Below, piece after piece: positions 1 to 10,406 of a DNA stretch of 64,000 nt. Origin of the DNA: Cenococcum geophilum. Its lineage: Eukaryota. The notes beneath the pieces are model-generated. The model saw nothing but the letters and a program-made list of their open reading frames with translations, did not search any database and was not told the origin of the DNA. Each line of letters opens with the position of its first letter. Positions within the stretch are counted from its first letter, which is position 1. Made by a program: the position numbers and the translations under genes. The stretch is from assembly GCA_050273025.1 (NCBI GenBank), contig CP158635.1, positions 28,148,001 through 28,212,000 on the forward strand, given 5' to 3'.

Positions 1-2142
1 TGTGTCCGAGGAGCGGGCCCTTGATGCAGGATGCCATGAAACCCTTCTCGCAAGCAAACAAGAACTTCTCGGAAATAGTGCCGCCAGAAATGCGCTGCTC
101 GAATTTATTGTCGGCGAGCGACCCGGTGGGCTCCATGAAACCAACGACGCGCGCGAAGTCACCGGCACCACCAGTCTGCTTCTTGAGCGTGTGGTCGAAG
201 GGTACGTGTGAGGTGATTGTCTCGCGATAGGCCACTTGAGGCTGGCCGGTTTCGCAGTCGACTTTGTACTCACGACGCATGCGCTCAACGTAAATGTCCA
301 GATGGAGTTCACCCATGCCAGAGATGATAGTCTCTTGGCTTTCAGGATCGACATGGACTCTGAAGGTCGGGTCCTCACGTTGGAAGCGGCTCATAGCTTT
401 TGAGAAGTTCGGCGTATCCTTTGTGTTCTTGGGTTTGATGGACAGTGAGATGACAGGTTCGGGAACAAACATCGATGTCTAGATCCGTTAGCATAGTGTA
501 CATAGTGTAAAGCAAGCACCTTACCATCGTATATCCCAAAGTGCCATCAGTGAACGTATCACCAGAAGCACAGTCAACACCGAACACTGCGCAGATTTCT
601 CCTGCTCCAATCTCCTGCACTTCCTCCATCTCATTCGAATGCATTCTCACAATCTTTGGAATTTTCACCCTCTTATCTGACCTTGCGTTGAAAACGTTCA
701 TGCCCTTTTTCAATGTTCCTTGATACACCCGTACGTACGTCAGCTGCCCAAAGTTGCTTTCTTCCAACTTGAACGCCAACCCAACAAACGGCAGCGAGTT
801 ATACGAGACCAGCTTGACGGGTGCTTCCTGCCGCCTCCGGTCTAAGGCTAGGTTCTCGACTTCTGAAGGGTTAGGGAGATAGTCGCAAACAGCGTCCAGC
901 ATAGGCTGAACGGCCTTATCGGCTAGCGCAGAGCCCATCAGCACCGGCGTGAACTTGAGAGATACGGTCGCCCTGCGGATAGCAGCCTTGATCTGCTCGA
1001 CTGTTGGCTCCCGTTCATCCAGGAAAATCTCCGCGATCTCATCGTCCACATCCGCAAGCGTCTCGATCAGCTTCGCCCTCTTCTCTTTCGCAAGCCCCAC
1101 CAGGTCCGCCGGTATTTCGTCCTTTTCAACGATAACTTCTCCCTTTGCACCTTCGTTATAGATTGCCTTCATCCTGATCAGGTCAACGACTCCTATGAAC
1201 CCATCTTCTCTTCCAATTGGAACCTGTAATGCAGCAGCGGGTATCCGCAGTTTCTGGTTAATCTGATCAACCGCCTTCCACGGATTCGCGCCCATCCGGT
1301 CCATCTTGTTGACGAAGGAAATTCTCGGTATATTGTACCTTCGCATCTGACGATCCACAGTAATTGTCTGCGACTGCACGCCTGATACCGCGCACAAAAT
1401 CATGACAGCTCCATCTAGGACTCGAAGGGCCCTCTCCACCTCAATTGTGAAGTCAATATGTCCTGGTGTGTCGATCAAATTGATATGGTACCGCTCCTCC
1501 TTCCCGTTCTCTTTCTTCACCCAGTCGCAGAACGTCGCCGCCGATTGAATCGTGATACCCTTCTCGCGCTCCAAGTCCATCGAGTCCATTTTAGCTCCGA
1601 CAGCATCTTTACCTCTGACCTCGTGGATCGAATTGATACGGCCGGTATAGTACAGGACACGCTCGGTTGCCGTAGTCTTCCCAGAGTCGATATGTGCCTA
1701 CGCCCATCAGCCAAGTCCCCACTCCCATACGTCTGTTTCCTCCTGGACAGATAGCAATCCGTACCGCAATACCAATATTCCGCACCCTCGCCAACCTCGC
1801 CGCCTCCTCAGGATTCAAATTCTCAATAATCGTTTCTTGCGCCAGCATCCCCGGATCCGCAGCCGCCTGCTCAAGCCTATCTTCAAATCAGCACATTATC
1901 CCGCCACATATCCAGTCCCCAAAAACCACTCACACAGCCGCTGCAGCCCCTGACTGCCACCGCCTCGCCCGCACCTCCCCCACCCGCGCCCAATTCGCAT
2001 CGCGGCTCCAAAGCGGCTGCAGTGCCGCCGTCGACGCACAGCGCTGCGAAGCGGAAACCGGGCTCCTGCACCCCAGCCGCGCGCAATTGCGCAGCGAGCT
2101 CAGGGTCGCAAACGGGCCCCTGACGAGCCCATTGACCCTCAT
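1..2142 (-). CDS. MEF1: Mitochondrial translation elongation factor G1, 5' portion (runs off the window's left edge)
   Basis: Arg/Ser/Ala-rich mitochondrial presequence from ATG 2142. GTPase motifs [34 protein letters not shown] and NKMD. Exons approx 2142-1934, 1876-1765, 1697-525 and 478-<1 with GT-AG introns. Confidence 0.96.
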
Positions 2143-2937
2143 ACTGAATAACAAAACAAGCACGGAAAAAGGAAGGGACGACGCGGTGGTCGAAATAATC
2201 GTGGTTGCAACAAATCAAGCCCGGCCAAAAAAAGTCGATATCGGGGGTCCGGAGCTTTTGGGACTGGCTTGGCGCGAATCCCGTCGTCACGTGCTTGCAC
2301 TCCCTTTGATGTTGTGCCGGGTTATATGGGTTGTATTGATTATGCGCTGAGAGCTGCGTGCGACTTTTCGTGATATGCCTTAGCTGTTATTCTTTTCCTC
2401 CCTTCGCGAATTTAGGCAACTCCTTCTCCTAGCCAATCTACCTCACAACCCAATTGAAAGCGCACAAGCTAAGGCGACTTCACCAGCACGAAAGTATCTC
2501 CCCATCAATACACTAAAATAAGCTATATGCCCCCACAATCTCCCGCCCCGTTTCTTGGCCAACTCATCCTATACCAAAGCTGCCATTATCCTGAACCGGT
2601 CTCCAAAAAGAAACAAGCAGAAGCCTACTGTCTTTTCAACAACAGCAGCGCCCCGCGCCCCGCGCAAACCCCCCAGGAAAATGAGTAGAGAGAACTGATT
2701 GAGGATGGGGTAAAATCACATTCCACCTTCGCAAACGAAAGTTCTTTTCAAAACAAAAGCTCCTGCAATGCTGATCGACGAAATCCCCTGAGTTTGGAAA
2801 CGCTGTGTAAACGCTGTATAACGAGTAAAATGGGCCATGAAAGAAACATCACTTCAAGAAGATGCTAGTGAGAGAAGGGAGAGATGGTAGAGAGGAGAGA
2901 GATACACTAGCAAAGTAGAGGGTTGCAAGACTGGCAT

Positions 2938-4941
2938 CTAGCGGATCGTTTCTCCCTCAAAATTTGGCGTCTGCATGAGCTCCCCGGTGCCTGCTGTTGT
3001 TTCTGCCGGCGCGGATTCATGCGCAGCATCGCCTTCTTCGTTGGTTCCAGTAGCAGCACCTTCAGTAGCGGGCTCAGCAGGTCCAGATTCCTCCTCGTGA
3101 TGGCTTCCCTCGCCCGTACCGTTAGCCGTGACCCTTTCCTTCACTTTGGTCACACCCTCGCCAACTTTCCGCTTACCCTTAGCAACGATGCTCTCACCCT
3201 GTCCAGCCTTGGATCGAACTGAAGCGGTTCGCCTTGGCGGAGAGTTGACCTTATCGTGCGTTTTGCTAGCCGAACTAGCAGTGGGTCGCATCATTCGTGC
3301 CAAGAAACCCTCGTCAGGTCCTTTAATAGACTGTCTAGAGTCTGGACGCTTGGGAAGCTGTGGGCCGAGCGAAAGTGGGCCGAGCGAAAGGCGGCCGGCC
3401 GGCTTCCGGGCTGGCGCAGCAGGTTTGAGTGTAGCTGGGCGCTCACGGGCGATAGTAGAAGGTCTGCGCGTGAGAGTCTGCGGCACTGTGCCATCTTCAT
3501 GCTTTGCTGCATATGATGCAGTAGGAGCAATCAGATGAGGAGGAAGTCGCACAGGACGCGTTGGGGACTTTGGGCGCGGCTTGCCGAAGGGTGAGGTATT
3601 AGTGGCATCCTTAGCGGTATCCTTGGTAGTTTCCTTTGCAGCCTCTTTTGTAGCAGCCGGAGTAGCGGGTTTGGATGGAGCTTTTGGCTTGGTTGTTGCA
3701 TTAGTAGCGACAGAAGCTGTAGAGGGCCTTAGGGAGGATCTAGTGGCCTTCGCAGCTGGAGCTTTGGACTGATCTTTAGCTTGAACCAACGAGAGCTTCG
3801 ACACAGGTGATTTGGTCGGAGATGTTACACTGAGCGCAGTCGGCGTCCTCGGGGTTTTGGGAAGAGCAGGCGATTTAGGGATTGCAGCACTCTTGGATGA
3901 TGATGGCTTAGTAATGTTCTCCTTGGCAGTAGATATCGCAGGAAGTTTATGAGAGGAGGATTTTGCGGCCGTCTTCGAAGTAGTCGTATGGCTCGTTGTA
4001 CCATTGACCTTGGCCTTGGGCTGGGAGGCTGTCACTGAGGCCTTGGTCTTCTCAGCAGTGCTCTTCGAAGCCTCTGCAGATGCTTCTGCAGGTGCTTCTG
4101 CAGGCGCGTCTGCAGGTGTCTCTGCAGGTGCCTCTGTGGGTACCTCTGTGGGTGCCTCCGTGGGTGTCTCCGTGGGTGCCTCTGTAGGTGCCCCTGTCTG
4201 CTTCTCTTCACTCTTAGCGAGTGACAGCGGGGCTTCCGCCGGAAGTGGAGGTGCTTCACCGCTAGAAACAGCAGCTTCGTCTTTCGGATCTAAAGGTCTC
4301 AAAGACACGTCCTTGTCTTCAGCTGACGATACAGGTTTGTCCGGGTTTTCGCTCGGCGCGTCCTTGGAAGGCGAAGCCGGCTTCTCAACCTCCTTCACAG
4401 GAGTGGCAGGAGTGTCTTCTGTCTTAGCCACAGGCTCCTCGGTTTTGGCCTTCTTATTCTCCAAAGGCGAACCCGGCTCTGGGAAATTAGATCCCTTCAT
4501 TATGCTCCCTAGATTGAACATTATGCCGGATGTTGCCTGGTCTCGGATTTCGGGCGCGGGTATCGAAGATTCTCTTTCTTCAACTACCTCTTCGATGTCT
4601 AGGCTCCTCTTGCGATCTTCCTTCTCCTGGCTCACAGTCTTCTTCAATTCCTCAATGAGCTCCGACCCGTGTTCCTGGATAATGCTGAAGCTCTCTCCGC
4701 GATTGGCGGTCGGGCTGTTGAGGCCGTCGCTTGTGCTTTTGGCGGTTCCGACGAAGGCAGTCGACTTGACAGAGACGAAGCTGGCGCGAACTTTGGAGGT
4801 AGAACGGATTTCTTCGGTGTTGCTAGTGGCGTTGCCGACGGGAGAGTGGCCGCGGGGTTCAGGGGAGGAAGGAGTGTTTTGGTTCTCGAACATAGCCCGA
4901 AGGTTACGAACACCGCCACTGCTTGCGCGATTTGCGGACAT
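2938..4941 (-). CDS. Conserved fungal low-complexity Pro/Ser/Thr/Ala/Lys-rich protein (667 aa), function unknown
   Basis: Intronless 667-aa ORF. N-terminal VRNLRAMFE motif, acidic first half, basic second half with SPTRPVRLPPHLIAPTAS and FLARMMRPTASS motifs. Confidence 0.85.
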   Translation of the reverse strand: MSANRASSGGVRNLRAMFENQNTPSSPEPRGHSPVGNATSNTEEIRSTSKVRASFVSVKSTAFVGTAKSTSDGLNSPTANRGESFSIIQEHGSELIEELKKTVSQEKEDRKRSLDIEEVVEERESSIPAPEIRDQATSGIMFNLGSIMKGSNFPEPGSPLENKKAKTEEPVAKTEDTPATPVKEVEKPASPSKDAPSENPDKPVSSAEDKDVSLRPLDPKDEAAVSSGEAPPLPAEAPLSLAKSEEKQTGAPTEAPTETPTEAPTEVPTEAPAETPADAPAEAPAEASAEASKSTAEKTKASVTASQPKAKVNGTTSHTTTSKTAAKSSSHKLPAISTAKENITKPSSSKSAAIPKSPALPKTPRTPTALSVTSPTKSPVSKLSLVQAKDQSKAPAAKATRSSLRPSTASVATNATTKPKAPSKPATPAATKEAAKETTKDTAKDATNTSPFGKPRPKSPTRPVRLPPHLIAPTASYAAKHEDGTVPQTLTRRPSTIARERPATLKPAAPARKPAGRLSLGPLSLGPQLPKRPDSRQSIKGPDEGFLARMMRPTASSASKTHDKVNSPPRRTASVRSKAGQGESIVAKGKRKVGEGVTKVKERVTANGTGEGSHHEEESGPAEPATEGAATGTNEEGDAAHESAPAETTAGTGELMQTPNFEGETIR
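4075..4195 (-). repeat. Coding 12-bp tandem repeat (PTEA/PAEA units)
   Basis: About 10 units of (t/c)gcaggtgcctc / gtgggtgcctcc on + strand, translated APTEAPTETPTEAPTEVPTEAPAETPADAPAEAPAEA. Confidence 0.85.
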
Positions 4942-5778
4942 GGCTACGAGAGGAATTGCGAAGGTCAGTGGGCTCTACAATCTGGTGTATATCCTTCTTG
5001 TGGATGTCGATGGGGTTTCTGGAAGGGGACGTGGAATGCTTGTCGAAATTGTGACTGGGATCAGTCGAGTTGCTGAAACGCGTCTACAGTGTGATGTTTA
5101 CAGGCAGGTGGCATCGCACTACGAGGAGCTAGAAATATCTAGAAATGTCAATACACTCACAATTTGGGGGTTCTAGCAGGCGGGCATGTTCAGGCGGATG
5201 CTTCGGTGTTGATGAATTTCTGCGATGTAGGGTGAAAGGAGAGAGCGTGGCCTTGCTGGCTAGCCAAAGCACATGACGCCAAGAGGCCAATAATCAATGC
5301 ATCTGAAAATATCCCCCCGCTGCCCGGCAGCACTGCAGAGCTTTATACGTATTGCGGCTGAGAATTAAGCTGTTTGCAGTGTGAGACAATCACTGCCATT
5401 GAGATCTCACAACTGCTGCTCGCTGAGATATTGGCCTTCTCTCATCCCCCAATCAGAACGCGTAACTTGACTATCAGGTTTACAGGAGCTGAGATGGACA
5501 TTACAATCAACCAGATTTACTTTCAATTGTTCGCTGGTACTCTAAGTCTAGCCAATTCCATTGATTAATCTTGTCCGTCTCAAGAAATTCGCCTCCCACG
5601 CCATTTCAAACCATCCCTTCTTGATATCTTCCGAGTCAAGAATCCCCACATAGCACAAACGCCTTGAGACATTCTAGGCGAACTAAATTTGAGAAGATAT
5701 AGCAGAAGCTATTCATAACCAACAGAGTGGATTTGTTGGGATATCTCCCACCACAGTTCCTAAATTTTTCCGAAATCC

Positions 5779-6886
5779 TCATGCCACCTCAACAATATCA
5801 ATATCCTTCTCATACTCCCAGGCCTTATGTTCTTGCCACACATGATCAATCAACGATGATATACTCTCACACGTTGTATCCGTAGTTCTGTGCCGACTGC
5901 AGAGCACACACGCATACCCTCCGCCCTCGCGATGTGACTTGATAACGAACCGAGGCTCCACATGGAAGACCCGATCCGCAAACCTATCTCTCTCATGCTC
6001 CTTGATTAACTCCCATATTTTACCCGGCCTTATAGGAATCCTGGCGCTGCAGTACGGACAGCTTGCATTGCCGCCATCTCGAAAGTTATCCGCGAGTAAC
6101 TGGTTGGTATGATTCTGGAGATCCAGCGAATAGATGCAGTACAGACCGTGAGTTGCTGCACGAGTGCTTATAGAGGTCGGACCAGAGATTATTGTAACGC
6201 TTGTTTCTCTTGACCTGGATCTTGGCCGAGAAAGAGAACGAGAACGACCTAATCGTGTAGAAGGAGCAGGTAGAGCTAGTTGCTGGGGTGCAGAGGTGAG
6301 CATCCGTTGACGCTGTTGAGACAGAGCATCTATTGCTGCAGCGCGTGCTGCTCGTGACGCGTTGAGAAGGCGGGCAAGATGGTGGGAAACGGGTTCGTGC
6401 TTAGGACCGTAAACCAACGCGCTGTCTTGAAAGATGGTTATGATGGTTTGTTGAAGTGTAATTATTTGAGCCTGTAGTTGGTTTTGCGCAACCACTACGG
6501 AAAGGAATGAGCCATTAGTATGGCATCCAGGGCTGCAAGAAAGCACGAGAGATTTCGCTCACAGTCGCCTACTGCAAATTGATCTCCAAGACGATTGAAT
6601 CCTCGATCATATTCCTGCCTTACGAGAGACCCAGAGCTGTATATCGACTCTTCATCACTGTCTTCGTAGTCGTTTTCTCGTCGCCTTCTGCGCCTACCAT
6701 ATGTAGCTTCAATATCGTCGTCTCGTCGGCGTCGATCTATCGGGTCGTATCTATTCTCCGCGGTTTTTTCCTCCCTCTTTCTAAGTTTCCTGTAAAGATC
6801 GCTCATGGACCCAAAAGAGTCCATAATCGTGTGGACCAGGGATACCACAACGACCGTCGTCTCGAGGGCTCCTTTTGCCTATCCAT
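5779..6886 (-). CDS. Conserved hypothetical protein with C-terminal Cys/His (zinc-finger-like) region
   Basis: ATG 6886. Exon 1 6886-6563, intron GTGAGC...CCGTAG (6562-6495), exon 2 6494-5779 joins two ORF-track frames. Motifs CPYC, CVLC and HVWQEH. Confidence 0.8.
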
Positions 6887-7827
6887 GGGTTAGATCATCC
6901 ATCACCGCTGCATATATAAACTCGACAGTAACTAACCGATCTGAGAGAGTCCATGTTGGATAAGACCAAAAGTTTGTCGTGGAGATCGGATTGAAGCAGC
7001 GTGAGTGAGAAATAAATCCACGCATCACCCGACTGTCACTCGTTTAGGCACCCACTTGACCTGCACCACGTCCGTGATTGCAAGCAGCTGCTGCTCCATG
7101 TTCCTTTGCGACTGCATAATCGCTCCCAGCTTGCACCCCATTGGTTGTATGTCACAAGCTGCGGTTGACCTCGCTCAGAGCTGTAAAGCGGACTGGGTGT
7201 CTGAATGTTTCGGCGTCCAAATCATATGATGAACCTAGAGGAAAGGCCGCAATTTTAGCCTTGCGATTGGTGTCTGACTTGTCAGTTCTCGAGCCAAGAC
7301 TCTAGAATGTTCGTAGCTCAGCCACAGGTCTGCGTAGAGGACTCACATACCCTGGCGAGCTGAAGCGGTGATGGGAAAGGTGGAGGGGCTTGGTTGTTTT
7401 TTTCCGCAGGATAATCGCCCGTCTTCGGCCCCCAAACCAAACACCGCCACAGCACAAAGACCAGTGACACCTGAGCTGTTCTGGAAAATCAGTCATGAGA
7501 CATTGGGTTCTTTCGCATTCTTTTGCGTTTTCCCTATTAGCACGCACAAGAATATTTACCTTCGAATGCTTTCTTCTACCGTGGTGATCTGCGTCCATGC
7601 CAGATCGTCTCGGCATCGCGTTATGCAAGCGGTTCAGCTCCTAAGGCGTTGTTTATGGTTAAAAGCATGCATGGTGACACCAAAGTCAATGCTTTAGGAC
7701 TTCGGACTCATGGATGAAAACAAGAAACTACAAGCCTTGCCAAAGGTGGTGGGCACGGATCCATTTGTATATTGGGCCCTATACAACTGTTACCTGTCGA
7801 AGGCTAAAATAAATATGAACCATTTAA

Positions 7828-8539
7828 GGGGTCGTTCGGTTGCAAATCGCCTCCATATCATAATCTGTTCAATCCGTGCGCCTTTTAATATCGCCCGTTT
7901 TGAAATTAGTGGCGGCTACTACCATGGCTCATTTGAATCTGATTGTTCGGTGAGGCTCCATAATGAGGCTCCAGATTTGACTTTGCATAATGCGTGATTG
8001 ACGTCGGTGAGCGACTCGAATAAGCCCCTCTCTGCCACCAGGTCTCTATCGCGACTCCCTACTTTGGTGTAGCAATGGAGTCTCCTCTTCAGCCAACGAC
8101 CTCTCTACGATCAACGTTTCCTACATCTTTGCTCACCTCCCGTACGAGTCGTAGTAGAGTTACAGCGACGCCCGCGACGCCCCGAAAACAAGCTTATTAC
8201 GATCACGAAGGTTAAGATAATATTATATAAGGCTTGTAAATGCGACTGCAGTATCGCCATCGGGGCTTGTGGAGTCACTATATTATAAGAAGTTGTCACT
8301 TTGGCGCGTATGCGAGAGCTCTATATTGATACGGAATATGGAACAGGAGGTCGAAGCTACATATTGAAATGGTGCCAAGAACCTCATTTCAACTACTGTG
8401 TATAGCTTGCAAATTTGACGCACTTAGCGATATGGAGGAGCTCCATATTCAAAAGTCGTCAGATCTACCGAACAACAGCCTCATGTTCAGATTTGAGCTC
8501 CATTTCGGTTACAATATGGAGGTGCAACCGAACGACCCC
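7828..8539. mobile_element. Non-autonomous PIF/Harbinger-type (Tourist-like) MITE, 712 bp
   Basis: Perfect 17-bp TIR GGGGTCGTTCGGTTGCA / TGCAACCGAACGACCCC flanked by TAA (7825-7827 and 8540-8542). Repeated subterminal CTCCATAT/ATATGGAG motifs. Confidence 0.85.
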
Positions 8540-8801
8540 TAATTTCTCTCCCTAGATATCCCGAATATCCCTTGGGCTGGTACAATTCGTCCTACCGTTA
8601 TCGATAAGAGCTAGCCAATAGGATCAATAGGATTAAGGCTCCGTGATGAAGAATATGAGGTCGTAAAATCTGCTGATTTCCATATAAAATTGCTATATAC
8701 ACCCAATCTTTGGAGTTAAGTCACTCAAGATAAGACAACTAATATTCATCGTTTCTACAGAACGGAATTTTGCAAACGGCGAAGTTTGGAGGAAGATTTT
8801 T

Positions 8802-8872
8802 AGATTTGAGCTCCATTTCGGTTACAATATGGAGCCTCCATATCGAATATGGAGGTGCAACCGAACACCCCC
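8802..8872. repeat. Second copy of the MITE right end
   Basis: AGATTTGAGCTCCATTTCGGTTACAATATGGAG...GTGCAACCGAAC duplicates ~8489-8539. Confidence 0.8.
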
Positions 8873-9082
8873 TATATCATCAAAAGTACGATTGGAAGGC
8901 ATGGTTGATTGATGTATAATATTTGAATCTATGTAGGTAATATGCGTACTTTTGATTCTGGTGTTTTAGTTCTGCGCACGATCCAATTATCGTAGGCCCA
9001 AGGGAGAGAGAATATTCGCAAAAAAAAAAGGCAACCCTGAATCTGGTATCAAACTTCTCCAAACCCCGAATATCCCCATCTA

Positions 9083-10406
9083 TCAGAACCTTTTGACAAA
9101 TTCCACCTTGACATCTCTCTTAATCAAGAGCTGGTCAATGAAGCACTCCGCAATTGAATTGAAGTACCATGTATGCGCCAAAACATCCGTAAGAATCCAC
9201 GCTGTGTTGCCATTGTAATTAATGTTTCCAGTGTACACACTAATATCCGACGCAGCAGCGGTCCGGTAGTTTGGTTTGTTGATGTAGTACTCGGGGCTAA
9301 CGTGAACAAAGCCGAACGAAATTGGTGGGAGCCTAGGGACAGGGTCATTGTAGTGTGTAACGCGGTAGTTTCCTCCAGGTTGTTTCGTAATAAAGTCACT
9401 CAGCTTCGGTCCTGCAATACGAGGAGAACCGAAAGTATAGAGAGCCACCGTATATCCGGACTTGCGCATTTCAGCGGCGGCAAGGTCAGCGATGGCACCA
9501 CCTAGACTATGGCCAACAGCTACTATCTTGTAGTTGGGGTATGAGGCTACTGCGCTCTTGACTGCAGCAAGAACACTGCTCCGTGCTTCGGTCCATGAGT
9601 CCCAGAAGCCCTGGTGAGCAGTGCAGCCGCTGCAGATATCGGTGGTGACAGTTGTGAAGTCTAGATCGGCAATCCAGTTTTTGATGGACGCGGACCCACG
9701 GAATGAAACAACAATGAGGCTATTCGTGCTGTCGACTGCTACAAATCCGGTGACATCTGTGATAAGGGAACTGTGATGAGTGTTAGTTTTTGACCATAGC
9801 AGGCTAACCTGAAAGCCGCATGAGAGCATGGAAAAGAACGCAACTGCCCTGAAGGTAGCTATAGTACACTTTCGATCGCACGTGGCTCATGATATGCAGA
9901 CGGAGCTTGAAACAAAGACCAAATTCAATGTTTCTTCTGACTGGTTACTTCCCCTGAAGTACAGGGGTCAGGATAGCCCTTGCTGAGGTTTGTGTTCCAG
10001 AATGCTTAATTTTACGGGATACAGAGTTCGAGAGGACCATGGGAAGTAACGGGCAGTAGATAAATGGTGAAACTGGAGATGGAATCGGATACCCACTTCT
10101 CAAACCCGATGATAGTATTAGTTGTGTCTGCCTCAACCATCGGACAGTTGCCCGAAGAACAGGCTACCTTCGCGTTCGGGATTCCGTTATAATTTATCGA
10201 GCAGTACGCTGCCGCCGCATATTGCTCCATGAGTTGAAATGTTGAGAACAAACTGGAGCTTATAGCTTTATCGAGACAAATGTCAGCAATAGACAATCAA
10301 GTGAATAGGACAGCTCAGACATACACCTCTTTTCCTGGGGAGTGGGAGCAGCATAGCTTCCAGTCAGGCTGAGCAAGCCAATGGCCAATAGAGAAAAAGG
10401 AGACAT
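9083..10406 (-). CDS. Secreted class-3 lipase (alpha/beta hydrolase; mono-/diacylglycerol lipase or feruloyl esterase-like)
   Basis: Signal/propeptide MSPFSLLAIGLLSLTGSYAAPTPQEKR. Motifs YAAAAYC, VSFRGS, GHSLGG nucleophile elbow, DPVPRLP and catalytic H (HTWYF). Exons approx 10406-10326, 10265-10097 and 9770-9083. Confidence 0.93.

Noticed and set aside
1694..2350. 218-aa plus-strand ORF
   Set aside because: Antisense to EF-G exons and introns in GC-rich sequence, with no recognisable motifs.
4004..5176. 390-aa plus-strand ORF
   Set aside because: Antisense shadow of the 667-aa low-complexity gene.
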